From Candidatus Hadarchaeota archaeon (lineage in GTDB: Archaea > Hadarchaeota > Hadarchaeia > Hadarchaeales > Hadarchaeaceae): 32,000 nucleotides of DNA. The notes beneath the pieces were generated by a model. That model was not told the origin of the DNA. It saw only the letters and a list, made by a program, of their open reading frames with translations, and ran no database searches. How positions within the stretch are numbered: the stretch's first letter is position 1; each line of letters opens with the position of its first letter. This document shows, one piece after another, positions 9,743-18,459 of the stretch. Position numbers and translations under genes: made by a program. Where the stretch lies: the NCBI GenBank assembly GCA_964514965.1, contig CAZETV010000001.1, forward strand, positions 450,001 to 482,000, written 5' to 3'.

Positions 9743-11074
9743 TCAACTTAAAAACTGCCCGTATCCAGGCTTTCCGACTACATTTCCATCCTTGGCCACT
9801 AAAACGCCCCGCAAAATCGTTATTACTGGAGCTCCCCTAATCCTCATTCCCTCGTAAGGGGTCCAGCCAACTTTGTAATGCATTTTTTTAGCAGCTATAG
9901 TTGTCTCCTTCTTGAGATCCACAATCACTATGTCCGCATCAGAGCCCTTGCGGATAACTCCTTTGCGCGGGTAGAGGCCGAAGATTTGCGCAGGCTGGGT
10001 ACAGAGTGCATCAACAAGCCGCTCGAGCGTCAGCCTGCCCTTCGCGACACCCTCGCTGAGCATGAGTGGCAATAAGGTTTCTACGCTCGAAACGCCGACT
10101 TGAGCTGTCCAGATATTTTCCCATCCAATCTCCTTCTCCGCCTTGGTGCTGGGTGCATGGTCGCTCGAGACGATATCGATTGTTCCCTCAGCCAAAGCAT
10201 TCCAGAGCGCCACACAGTCTTCACTTGTTTTCAACGCGGGATTTACCTTTAGGTACGGTCCCAACCTTTGCATGTCTTCTCGCGTGAAAAGCAGATAGTG
10301 CGGACATATTTCGCTGGTTACGGGTATCCTCTTCTCTTTCGCCTTTTTGACGAACTCAGCACCTTGGCGTGTCGTGATGTGGGCTAGGTGCAGTTTACAA
10401 CCGGTACGTTTGGCGAGCATTATCATTTTTTCGATAGCTTTTTCTTCGGCTTCATTCGGGCACGATTCCGCGTAAGCCAATGAATCTCTCCGCCCTTCTT
10501 TGAGGAGCCTCTCAGTTTGCTTCTGCAGAACTTTTTCGTCCTCTGCGTGAACAAATGCAATGCCACCAATATTTTTTATCGCGGCCATCAGCCTCTCCAA
10601 TGCTTGGTCTTCAACACGGTAGAGATTACATGTAAATGCCTTGAAAGATTTGACGCCGAGCGTGAAGAGCTGGGGGATATCTTTGATTGAGTCAGCAGTC
10701 ATTTTTCCCGCGTGTAAATTAAAATCGATAAAGCTCTCCCTTTGCCCAGATTCAATGATATTTTTTATCCCTTTTGGCGTCAGCATCGAGGTATCGAGGG
10801 GCGCCACAATTACACTGGTTATACCCCCCGCTGCGGCCGCGGCACTACCATTTTGAAAATCTTCTCGAAAGGGATGACAATAATCGTAGAGGTGGACATG
10901 GGTGTCGATAACTCCGGGCATCACAATTTTATCTTCCGCATTGATTTCTTGATCAGCTTTTGGCAGTCCACTCGCAGCAATTTCAGATATGCGCCCTTCT
11001 TCGACTGCGAGCTCTCCGCGGATGATTCCCTCAGGTAAAACCAAGCGCGCATTTCGAATGACTAAATCGGCCAA
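9743..11074 (-). CDS. Cyclic amidohydrolase (dihydroorotase/allantoinase/dihydropyrimidinase family)
   Basis: GVIDTHVHLYDYCHPFREDF, SFKAFTC (likely carboxylated Lys), FVHAED, HLAHITT, DIVSSDHAP. Confidence 0.85.
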   Translation of the reverse strand: MADLVIRNARLVLPEGIIRGELAVEEGRISEIAASGLPKADQEINAEDKIVMPGVIDTHVHLYDYCHPFREDFQNGSAAAAAGGITSVIVAPLDTSMLTPKGIKNIIESGQRESFIDFNLHAGKMTADSIKDIPQLFTLGVKSFKAFTCNLYRVEDQALERLMAAIKNIGGIAFVHAEDEKVLQKQTERLLKEGRRDSLAYAESCPNEAEEKAIEKMIMLAKRTGCKLHLAHITTRQGAEFVKKAKEKRIPVTSEICPHYLLFTREDMQRLGPYLKVNPALKTSEDCVALWNALAEGTIDIVSSDHAPSTKAEKEIGWENIWTAQVGVSSVETLLPLMLSEGVAKGRLTLERLVDALCTQPAQIFGLYPRKGVIRKGSDADIVIVDLKKETTIAAKKMHYKVGWTPYEGMRIRGAPVITILRGVLVAKDGNVVGKPGYGQFLS

Positions 11075-11097
11075 AACACCACCGGGATTAGGATAAG

Positions 11098-11310
11098 TTA
11101 TTCGCGTATCATCGAGGCAGCTGCTCGGATATCATCTTCGTTCACAGTTTTCGCGCCACGATGTTTAGCTAATTTTATCGCTTCATTTGACAGCTCAGCC
11201 GCATATTCCTCAATAATTGCACTGAGTTCAAGAGCGGCGTCGTGCGACACACGAACTTTAGCTGCTTTTCGGATAATACGCTCCATTGTGGAGACCGAAA
11301 ATTCTGACAT
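11098..11310 (-). CDS. Archaeal histone
   Basis: MERIIRKAAKVRVSHDAALELSAIIEEYAAELSNEAIKLAKHRGAKTVNEDDIRAAASMI: canonical archaeal histone fold. Confidence 0.95.
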   Translation of the reverse strand: MSEFSVSTMERIIRKAAKVRVSHDAALELSAIIEEYAAELSNEAIKLAKHRGAKTVNEDDIRAAASMIRE

Positions 11311-11457
11311 GTTCTCGTCACCATATTCAAATGATTTAAGGGTTTATTTGGGTTTGGTAATACCCCCCACGACTGAAGAATATGGGTTTCTCACTCATTC
11401 AATTATAACGCACCGAAAGTTTAAATGCACGCCGATGATTTTGTTCTTAGGGATTGA

Positions 11458-12807
11458 ATGGTTGACTTATTGATTAAAAACGGTTTGATAGTCACGATGG
11501 ATAAAGATTTTCGCATCATTGCGAATGGTTCTATCGCAGTTGAAGATGGTCGCATTATCTCGGTCAATCGAGGAAAGGTGAAAAGCAAGAGCAGGCCAGA
11601 AGAAATCATCGACGCCTGCGGCAAAATCGTCATGCCTGGCCTCATTTGCTCGCACACCCACCTCTATGGCACACTTCTGCGTGGCGCTCCGTTGAAAATT
11701 GAGACCCCTGCCGATTTTTCACAGATGGTACAGCGCGTCTGGTGGCCGATTGAGGAGGAGATGACCAGAGAGGATGCGTACGCTAGCGCTTTGATTTCCT
11801 GCCGTGAGTTTATCAAGACAGGCACAACTATGTTTGCCGACACTTTTTCAGGCCCGAACGCCATAACCGGCGTGCTGGATCGGGTTGCCGCAGCAGTCGA
11901 GCAATCAGGAATGCGGGGAATCATTTCGTTTGAGGCGACCGAGCGTCGCACTCACGCCGAGGGAGCCAGAGGCACGAAAGAGAGTGAACGATTCATCCGG
12001 AAGATTAAGAAAAAACGCATGAGCCATGTGCGAGGGATGTTCAGCATTCACGCTTCCTTTACAGTTTCCAACGAACTCTTCCACTACGTCCGAGAACTAG
12101 CGAGTCGCTATAAGGTACCAGTGACCATCCACACCTCTGAGGGGCTGGTGGATCTCTATCACAATTTAGAGAGGTTCGGCAAACGCACTATAGAACGATT
12201 GAACGATGAAGGGATACTCGCACAGGATGTAGTGCTCGCTCATTGTGTACATGTCAATGATGACGAGTTGGCTATCATCAAAAAGACTGGGGCAAAAGTT
12301 GCTCACAACCCCATGAGTAACATGCTCAACGCAGTTGGAATCGCGCCGATAGTGAAAATGCTCACGATGGATATTCCTGTAGGTTTGGGCAACGATGGAT
12401 ACATCTTCGACGGATTTGAGAATATCCGAGCCGCCTTCTTGCTGCACAAAGTTGCCCTTCGCGATCCTCGCGCGATTTCACTCGTCGAAGCACTAAAAAT
12501 GGCGACAATCCGTGGAGCAGAGATCTATGGACTAGGGAACGAACTAGGTTCGATTGAGCCAGGAAAGCTCGCAGATATTATCATCATAAATCCAGCCCAC
12601 GCGCCTACGCCCGTACGTTCTGAAAATGTCGCCGAGCACATTGTTAACACCGTTGACGGCGATGATATCGAAACGGTCGTCGTAGGTGGCAAAGTCATAA
12701 TGCGCGAACGAAAAATGCAAACGCTCGACGAAGCGGAGGTGGTGAAAGTGGCGCAGAAATCGGCGGATAAACTCTGGCAGAAACTTGAAACAATTAAGAG
12801 GAGATGA
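11458..12807 (+). CDS. Amidohydrolase, SsnA/chlorohydrolase-like aminohydrolase
   Basis: PGLICSHTHLYGTLLRG, TVSNELFHYV, HTSEG, LAHCVHVNDDE, VGLGNDGY metal-ligand motifs; FSQMVQRVWWPIEEEMT and GPNAITGVLDRV resemble SsnA. Confidence 0.82.
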   Translation: MVDLLIKNGLIVTMDKDFRIIANGSIAVEDGRIISVNRGKVKSKSRPEEIIDACGKIVMPGLICSHTHLYGTLLRGAPLKIETPADFSQMVQRVWWPIEEEMTREDAYASALISCREFIKTGTTMFADTFSGPNAITGVLDRVAAAVEQSGMRGIISFEATERRTHAEGARGTKESERFIRKIKKKRMSHVRGMFSIHASFTVSNELFHYVRELASRYKVPVTIHTSEGLVDLYHNLERFGKRTIERLNDEGILAQDVVLAHCVHVNDDELAIIKKTGAKVAHNPMSNMLNAVGIAPIVKMLTMDIPVGLGNDGYIFDGFENIRAAFLLHKVALRDPRAISLVEALKMATIRGAEIYGLGNELGSIEPGKLADIIIINPAHAPTPVRSENVAEHIVNTVDGDDIETVVVGGKVIMRERKMQTLDEAEVVKVAQKSADKLWQKLETIKRR

Positions 12808-12811
12808 TGAA

Positions 12812-13900
12812 ATGGTTGATTTATCCGTGGAAATATGTGGCTTAAAATTCCGTAACCCCATTTTGCCCGCTGCTGGCCCCACGGTGCACAACGGAGATGC
12901 TTTGGTAAAAGCTGCCGAGGGTGGCGCTGGTGGATTGGTCGCGAAAACTGTGAGCGTCTCTCCAGCCCATGTGCCCCGACCCTGTATAATAAAGGTTAAA
13001 GATAGCTTGCTGAATGCCGAGCTTTGGACCGACCTGCCGCTCGAGCAATGGCTTCGCCATGAATATGCTAAGGCGAAACGGACGAAGCTACCGTTGATAG
13101 CGAGCGTTGGATATAATGCCGAAGAAATCCGAGCTGTTGCACCCAAGCTCAAGGCGGCCGGTGTGGATGCCCTCGAGCTATTGACTCACCACCTCGAAAA
13201 CGGCCCGACATCGCTGGTCGAAGCGACGAAGGCCGCGAAGGAGGCCGTCGATATCCCAGTGCTCGTAAAACTTAGCCCGAACGTACCCGATGTGACCCAG
13301 TTCGCGCGGGCTGTAGAAGAAGTGGGAGCAGATGGGATAGTTGCGATAAACTCGGTTGGGCCATGCCTAGCAATCGACATAGAGAACACAATGCCTATGC
13401 TTGGAAGCACCTCTGGCTATGGTTGGCTCTCGGGCCCCGCAATTAAACCTCTCGCGGTTCGATGCGTGGCCGACATCTGCCGCGCGGTGAAGATACCCGT
13501 CATTGGAGCGGGCGGAATCAGCAATGGGCGCGATGCGATTGAACTCATTATGGTTGGGGCCTCAGCGGTACAACTCTCAACTGCCGCGATAATTCGAGGA
13601 CACAAGATTTATGGGCTAATAGCAGACGAGATTGCCAAGTTCATGCGCGCAAAAGGCTACAACTCAATTAACGATTTTAAGGGCATAGCACTTCATCACC
13701 TGCCCGAGCAGCCTCTTCGTACCACAACCAAACCTCCTGAGGTAACCGCGTCGAGGTGCACGGGCTGCGGGCTCTGCGAGCGGTACTGTCCATACGAAGC
13801 GATCCGTATCGTCGGGAGAATCGCCCGCTTAGACCCTGTCAAATGCTACGGCTGCGGGCTCTGTGTCTCGGTCTGCCCAACGCGAGCAATCCGGTTATAG
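12812..13900 (+). CDS. Dihydroorotate/dihydropyrimidine dehydrogenase-like flavoprotein (PreA-like) with C-terminal 2x[4Fe-4S] ferredoxin domain
   Basis: GLKFRNPILPAAG, PVLVKLSPNV, AVGVI-type GAGGISNGRDAIELIMVGASAVQLSTA; CTGCGLCERYCPYEAI and CYGCGLCVSVCPTRAI. ATG 12812 preceded by GAGGAGATGATG. Confidence 0.87.
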   Translation: MVDLSVEICGLKFRNPILPAAGPTVHNGDALVKAAEGGAGGLVAKTVSVSPAHVPRPCIIKVKDSLLNAELWTDLPLEQWLRHEYAKAKRTKLPLIASVGYNAEEIRAVAPKLKAAGVDALELLTHHLENGPTSLVEATKAAKEAVDIPVLVKLSPNVPDVTQFARAVEEVGADGIVAINSVGPCLAIDIENTMPMLGSTSGYGWLSGPAIKPLAVRCVADICRAVKIPVIGAGGISNGRDAIELIMVGASAVQLSTAAIIRGHKIYGLIADEIAKFMRAKGYNSINDFKGIALHHLPEQPLRTTTKPPEVTASRCTGCGLCERYCPYEAIRIVGRIARLDPVKCYGCGLCVSVCPTRAIRL

Positions 13901-14034
13901 TCGCGCAACACTTAGATGGGATATCTTGCTTCACAAAACTTTTTCAAACGCACCACAACTCTTGAATTATGAATTGATTTTTTATTCATTTATTCCCATG
14001 ACCTTTAATTACAACAAATGATTTAGAAAGAACG

Positions 14035-15606
14035 ATGCAAATGCCGCAATCTACCAGAATAAAGCAACTGATTCACAATGGGATTCTCATCCCTACCTAC
14101 GAACCAAGAGGCTTCACAATACGCTATAATGGAAAGAAACTCTCGTTGACTCCAGAACAAGAAGAGATGGCCGTCGCATGGGTCAAGAAACTGGGGACAG
14201 ACTACGTGAAAGACCCTGTCTTCACCAAGAACTTCGTGAAAGACTTCTCCAAAGCTCTAGGGGATGAAACTCCCTCTAAAATAGAAGACTTCGATTTCTC
14301 TAATATTCAAAGTTGGGTTGAACAGGAAAAAATCAAAAAAGAAAACATGTCACTAGAAGAGCGAAAGGCGTTGGCTGAGACACGAAAGAAAACTCGGGAA
14401 GCCAACAAGGAGAAGTATGGATACGCCGTGCTTAACGGTGAACGGGTGGAAATTGGCTACACCGTAGAACCCCCCAGCATTTTCATGGGGCGAGGTAAAC
14501 ACCCGTTTCGGGGAAGATGGAAGCCAAGAGTCACCTATTCGGATATAATACTTAACTTGTCACCCGATGCTCCTACACCAACACCTCCAGACGGGAAACA
14601 CTGGAAGGAAAGAACCTTCGATCCGAATGCCCTGTGGATAGCCAAGTGGCAGGGCAAGCTCAGTGGGGAACTTAAGTATTTATGGATAGCTGACACCGCG
14701 CGCTTCAAGCAGGAGCGCGAGATTGAGAAGTTCAACAAAGCCCGAGAGCTGGAGAACCTCGTCGAAAAGGTTCGGCAACACATTGAGGAAAACTTGGCCT
14801 CGGAGGATATCACCCAGCGCAAAATCGCGACCGTATCTTACTTGATAGACAATCTAAAAATGAGGGTCGGCGACGAAAAGGACAAGGACGAAGCTGACAC
14901 TGTTGGCGCAGTGACGCTGAGAAGCACACATGTCAACATAGACTACTCCGGACAGGCAAAATTCGACTTCCTAGGTAAAGACTCGGTGAGATGGGTAAGA
15001 ACAATCAGGCCCCCTGCTCAAGTCGTAAACAACCTGCAGTCCTTCATCGGAGAGCCCAGAGCACAAATTTTCTCGGGGATTCGATCGGAGCATGTGAACG
15101 CTTTCTTGGGCCAAGTGATGCCAGGGCTCACGGCCAAGGTCTTCAGGACTTATCACGCCTCGAAGAGCGTCAGAGACTATTTGTCCAATTCCAAGGTTCG
15201 ACCGGAAGATCCAGACTTTGAGAAGAAGTATGCAGCAAAGATGGCAAATCTTGAAGCAGCGATTACCTGCTACCACAAACGAAAACTCCCGAAGAACTGG
15301 AAGAAATCCCTTGAAAAGAAAGTAAACGGATTGAAAGCTCTGAAAATTAAACTGAAAGAAATCAAGGAAAAGCCTCTCTCACGCTCACGTGCAAAGCGGG
15401 TAAAAAGCATTCAGAGGAGAATAAAGAATGCCACGCTTAATGTAAAGCTGATAAAAGCTACGCGCGACTACAACCTCGGCACATCTCTCAAGTCTTACAT
15501 CAACCCGCGCCTCTACACCAAATGGGCAAGAAAAGTTTCATACGACTGGAAAAACATCTACCCCAAAACTCTCCAGCGAAAGTTCGCCTGGGCTGAAGAG
15601 GGGTAA
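14035..15606 (+). CDS. Eukaryotic-type DNA topoisomerase IB
   Basis: KMRVGDEKDKDEADTVGAVTLRSTHV, FDFLGKDSVRW, GLTAKVFRTYHAS, ANLEAAITCYHKRKLPKNW, LGTSLKSYINPRLYTKWARK, KFAWAEEG align motif-by-motif with eukaryotic Top1 including the catalytic Tyr. Confidence 0.93.
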   Translation: MQMPQSTRIKQLIHNGILIPTYEPRGFTIRYNGKKLSLTPEQEEMAVAWVKKLGTDYVKDPVFTKNFVKDFSKALGDETPSKIEDFDFSNIQSWVEQEKIKKENMSLEERKALAETRKKTREANKEKYGYAVLNGERVEIGYTVEPPSIFMGRGKHPFRGRWKPRVTYSDIILNLSPDAPTPTPPDGKHWKERTFDPNALWIAKWQGKLSGELKYLWIADTARFKQEREIEKFNKARELENLVEKVRQHIEENLASEDITQRKIATVSYLIDNLKMRVGDEKDKDEADTVGAVTLRSTHVNIDYSGQAKFDFLGKDSVRWVRTIRPPAQVVNNLQSFIGEPRAQIFSGIRSEHVNAFLGQVMPGLTAKVFRTYHASKSVRDYLSNSKVRPEDPDFEKKYAAKMANLEAAITCYHKRKLPKNWKKSLEKKVNGLKALKIKLKEIKEKPLSRSRAKRVKSIQRRIKNATLNVKLIKATRDYNLGTSLKSYINPRLYTKWARKVSYDWKNIYPKTLQRKFAWAEEG

Positions 15607-15614
15607 ATGTGTTT

Positions 15615-16811
15615 TTAAGAGAGTACGCCATCCGCGAACCGCTCGATGTATCGTAGGTATTTGTTTAGGAAAGCCTCTTTCGAGAATTTCTGCCTGACTC
15701 TCCTCCGCCCTCGCCGCCCCATCTCAGCCGCACGCTCCGAGTCACAACTACAGGCCTCCTCCAGCTTATTGGCAAGCCCACGCTCGCTCCCAGCTCGGAA
15801 GTTTAGCCCAACCTCACCATCAACCATCTCTCGTAGCGCCCCAGCCGTCGAAACGATTGTAGGCACTTCACAGGCTAGTCCCTCGGCCGTCGCGTATGAG
15901 AAGCTCTCCCAGTACGAGGGCATGATAGTGAAGGTGCTTGAGGAGTAATAGTAGGGAAGTTCACGCAGCCGCCTCCATCCCACCAGCTTGACATATTTAG
16001 AGAGGTCCATGCGCTTCACCGCCCGCCTTAACAAGATGCCGTCGTCTGTGAGCATCCTAAGTTCGAAGTTAGAGTGTCCCCGATCTACCACGCGCCGGAC
16101 GCTCCGCAAGAGTAGGTCGATTCCCTTTTCGGGGTGGTTCCGTCCAGCATAGGTAAAGACAGTTTTCCCGTTAGACTCGCACTTGGCCCGGCTAAACAAG
16201 TTTGTGTCGACCCCGTTGTAAATCACGTCAATGCAGTTACGGTCGAACCGCCGGGCGAGCTCTCGTTTACAAGCTTTGCTCACGGTTATTGTCCGTCTAG
16301 AATTCTCAATCGACTTGACCTCCAACCTCGCATCGCGGAGAAGCCTGTATTTGTTTGCTACTCGGACCCCAAAGCGCTCTGCAAATTTTTCCCGCAGAAA
16401 TTCTGGGCGATGGGAGATGTACACGAGGTTGTCAAGTCCTGCACGAGCGATTAGCTCCCCAAAAGCAAATGAGTTAGCCAAAATCATGTCGAATTTTTTG
16501 AGATCGACGGGAGCGTGTTTTCCAAGCAACCGCTCCGCAAATCGTTTGGTCGCCGGGTACAGGATATCCGCGTCGTACGGGCGGTGCTCGCGAAACCCCG
16601 GAATGCGGACAAACAACACCCGATAACCCTCGCGGTGAACTAGCCTGTCACGCTGCGAAGGGACGATAAACGTGAGGCTGAGATTTCGGCTTCTAGCACG
16701 GGCGAACATCCCAAGCTCCGCTAGGTAGCCGAGATACATCCCGACCCCCGTCGCCACCTTGCTCCTAGATGGGGGCTCCCAACCAAGTACTACAACTTTT
16801 AACTTTCGCAT
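15615..16811 (-). CDS. Glycosyltransferase family 4/GT-B type
   Basis: VFTYAGRNHPEKGIDLLLRSVRRV, MPSYWESFSYATAEGLACEVPTIVSTAGALREMV. Confidence 0.85.
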   Translation of the reverse strand: MRKLKVVVLGWEPPSRSKVATGVGMYLGYLAELGMFARARSRNLSLTFIVPSQRDRLVHREGYRVLFVRIPGFREHRPYDADILYPATKRFAERLLGKHAPVDLKKFDMILANSFAFGELIARAGLDNLVYISHRPEFLREKFAERFGVRVANKYRLLRDARLEVKSIENSRRTITVSKACKRELARRFDRNCIDVIYNGVDTNLFSRAKCESNGKTVFTYAGRNHPEKGIDLLLRSVRRVVDRGHSNFELRMLTDDGILLRRAVKRMDLSKYVKLVGWRRLRELPYYYSSSTFTIMPSYWESFSYATAEGLACEVPTIVSTAGALREMVDGEVGLNFRAGSERGLANKLEEACSCDSERAAEMGRRGRRRVRQKFSKEAFLNKYLRYIERFADGVLS

Positions 16812-17002
16812 CTGGAACACACTTCAACTCAAGCCCGTCGAACGAGAATCACGGTATTCTGACGAACCCAATCGGTAATGATACATTGAGACATGAGAAT
16901 AAAAACGTTTACAAAAATGTAAAACAAAAAGATGTAACATTTTATTAAGAAATAGGCTTGAATCACGGAAAAATCAAATAGAAAATTGAAATCACTTAAT
17001 TT

Positions 17003-17731
17003 TCACTTGCTTCGAACACGACAAAAATCAAATCTGAAGAGAATCATAGCACCCCCGAACCCAACTAGGAACCCGAACCCGTGAGCGAACACATCAATTC
17101 CCGGTCCAGCACTAAGGAACCCCCCAGGATCGGTGAAGATTAGCCATAAAAAGGAGAAGAGTAGGGAAAACGTGAAGAGAGCGGGGAAAGTTTTCAGGAA
17201 TTTTCGATTTAATCTGAACGGGCCCCTTTTTTTACGTCTGCGGACCCGACGACGCTCCTTAGAAAGTGTCTTTAGATGTACTGGTAGGCTCTGGAAGCAG
17301 GACGCAAAGAGGACTCCAATGGCTCCGTATACAATCCCCGATGCCCCCCAAGATTCGAAGTCAGGACCGATCAGCGTCAGCGGATACTCTATCACATTCG
17401 CACCGATGCCGGCGATAAATACCAGCCAGAGGAAAATGCGACTCCAACGTCTGCGAATCCTTACTGGATACACCAAATTCACGAAGATAAAAAACAAAGT
17501 TGCTAAGGTGAAAGCTTCAAGGTTGCTGGCGAGATGAGGGAGTTCGGCTTGGGTGAAAGCAGATGTCATAATGCCCCAGGGACGGTCGGCGGAAAGCCAC
17601 AGGATCTCGAGGAGCGAAGGATAGAGGGAAACTAAGCCGAAAATCGCAAGATTAACGAGCGAGAAAATGACAAACGCTAGACCAACACTCTTGAAGCCAG
17701 CTAGGCGGCGAAAAAGAATGTAAGCTCTCAT
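17003..17731 (-). CDS. Rhomboid family intramembrane serine protease
   Basis: TQAELPHLASNLEAF, WGASGIVYGAIG (GxSG serine), FAHGFGFLVGFG (His), several TM segments. Confidence 0.83.
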   Translation of the reverse strand: MRAYILFRRLAGFKSVGLAFVIFSLVNLAIFGLVSLYPSLLEILWLSADRPWGIMTSAFTQAELPHLASNLEAFTLATLFFIFVNLVYPVRIRRRWSRIFLWLVFIAGIGANVIEYPLTLIGPDFESWGASGIVYGAIGVLFASCFQSLPVHLKTLSKERRRVRRRKKRGPFRLNRKFLKTFPALFTFSLLFSFLWLIFTDPGGFLSAGPGIDVFAHGFGFLVGFGGAMILFRFDFCRVRSK

Positions 17732-17736
17732 TCTCC

Positions 17737-17775
17737 CTATAAAAATAAAAAAAAGTAAATAAAAAAGTTTTTTAT
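17737..17775 (-). terminator. Candidate archaeal T-rich terminator for the transcript carrying the small ORFs at 17805-17984
   Basis: Minus strand reads ...gataaaaaacttttttatttactttttttta..., immediately downstream of the TAG of the 12-aa ORF. Confidence 0.35.
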
Positions 17776-17804
17776 CGATGGATGAGCGTCAGAGAAGTGA
17801 AATG

Positions 17805-17843
17805 CTAGAGTTTCTCTTTCTTTTCTTTCTTCTTCTTTGCCAT
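17805..17843 (-). CDS. Candidate microprotein MAKKKKEKKEKL
   Basis: Perfect SD aaGGAGGTGAacagaaATG upstream; 12 codons then TAG. Not in ORF track (below length cutoff). Confidence 0.35.
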   Translation of the reverse strand: MAKKKKEKKEKL

Positions 17844-17918
17844 TTCTGTTCACCTCCTTGCAAGTCTGTCAATATTCGACATGCCAAAGAATCGCTGAGT
17901 TGGTAGTGCCTTTTCCGA

Positions 17919-17984
17919 TCAGTCTTCCCAACCTGTCTCCTCTTCCTCTTCTTCCTCGCCTTCGTATTTCCACTTCATGGACAT
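17919..17984 (-). CDS. Candidate acidic microprotein MSMKWKYEGEEEEEEETGWED
   Basis: AGGTGAGGAG SD-like sequence directly before the ATG, TATA-like ctttaaata further upstream on the minus strand. Not in ORF track. Confidence 0.35.
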   Translation of the reverse strand: MSMKWKYEGEEEEEEETGWED

Positions 17985-18128
17985 CTCCTCACCTGTTCGC
18001 TGGGTATAATTTCAACTCCTATTTAAAGTTATCACCCTACTTTCTTTCATTAGAAACCTTAAGGATTATAAATTGGAACTTATAATGTATATCGCTAAAG
18101 AAATAGAAGTAATACATGGGTGATTTGA

Positions 18129-18350
18129 ATGGCGGAACTTTCTATCGCTCCGTTCAAAAGAATGCTTAGGAAAATCAGCCCGGACATGAAAATATCGAAT
18201 CCTGCGAAGAGGGAGATGCGAAATATCTCAGAGAGGTTTGCCATGGATGTGCTAAGGGGCGCCATAGATATAGCGAAGATTTCAAAAAGGAAGACCGTGA
18301 TGGTGGGCGATATAAGGGTTGCAAAAAAGCAGTTGGTCAAGACGATCTGA
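18129..18350 (+). CDS. Divergent histone-fold protein
   Basis: MAELSIAPFKRMLRKISPDMKISNPAKREMRNISERFAMDVLRGAIDIAKISKRKTVMVGDIRVAKKQL: histone-like spacing (RkTV..dDI). TATA-like ttataaat upstream. Confidence 0.75.
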   Translation: MAELSIAPFKRMLRKISPDMKISNPAKREMRNISERFAMDVLRGAIDIAKISKRKTVMVGDIRVAKKQLVKTI

Positions 18351-18459
18351 TTTTCCGGGTGCGGGTTCGATGTTGGTGAAAACAGAGGGCATGATGCCTC
18401 AGGAGCGATTGGTGGAGAATTAGAATCATTCGTTAAGTTGGGATAAAACCCATTTGGCA

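Noticed and set aside
12544-13152. 202-aa minus-strand ORF
   Set aside because: Antisense to the SsnA-like and PreA-like genes; no domain signature.
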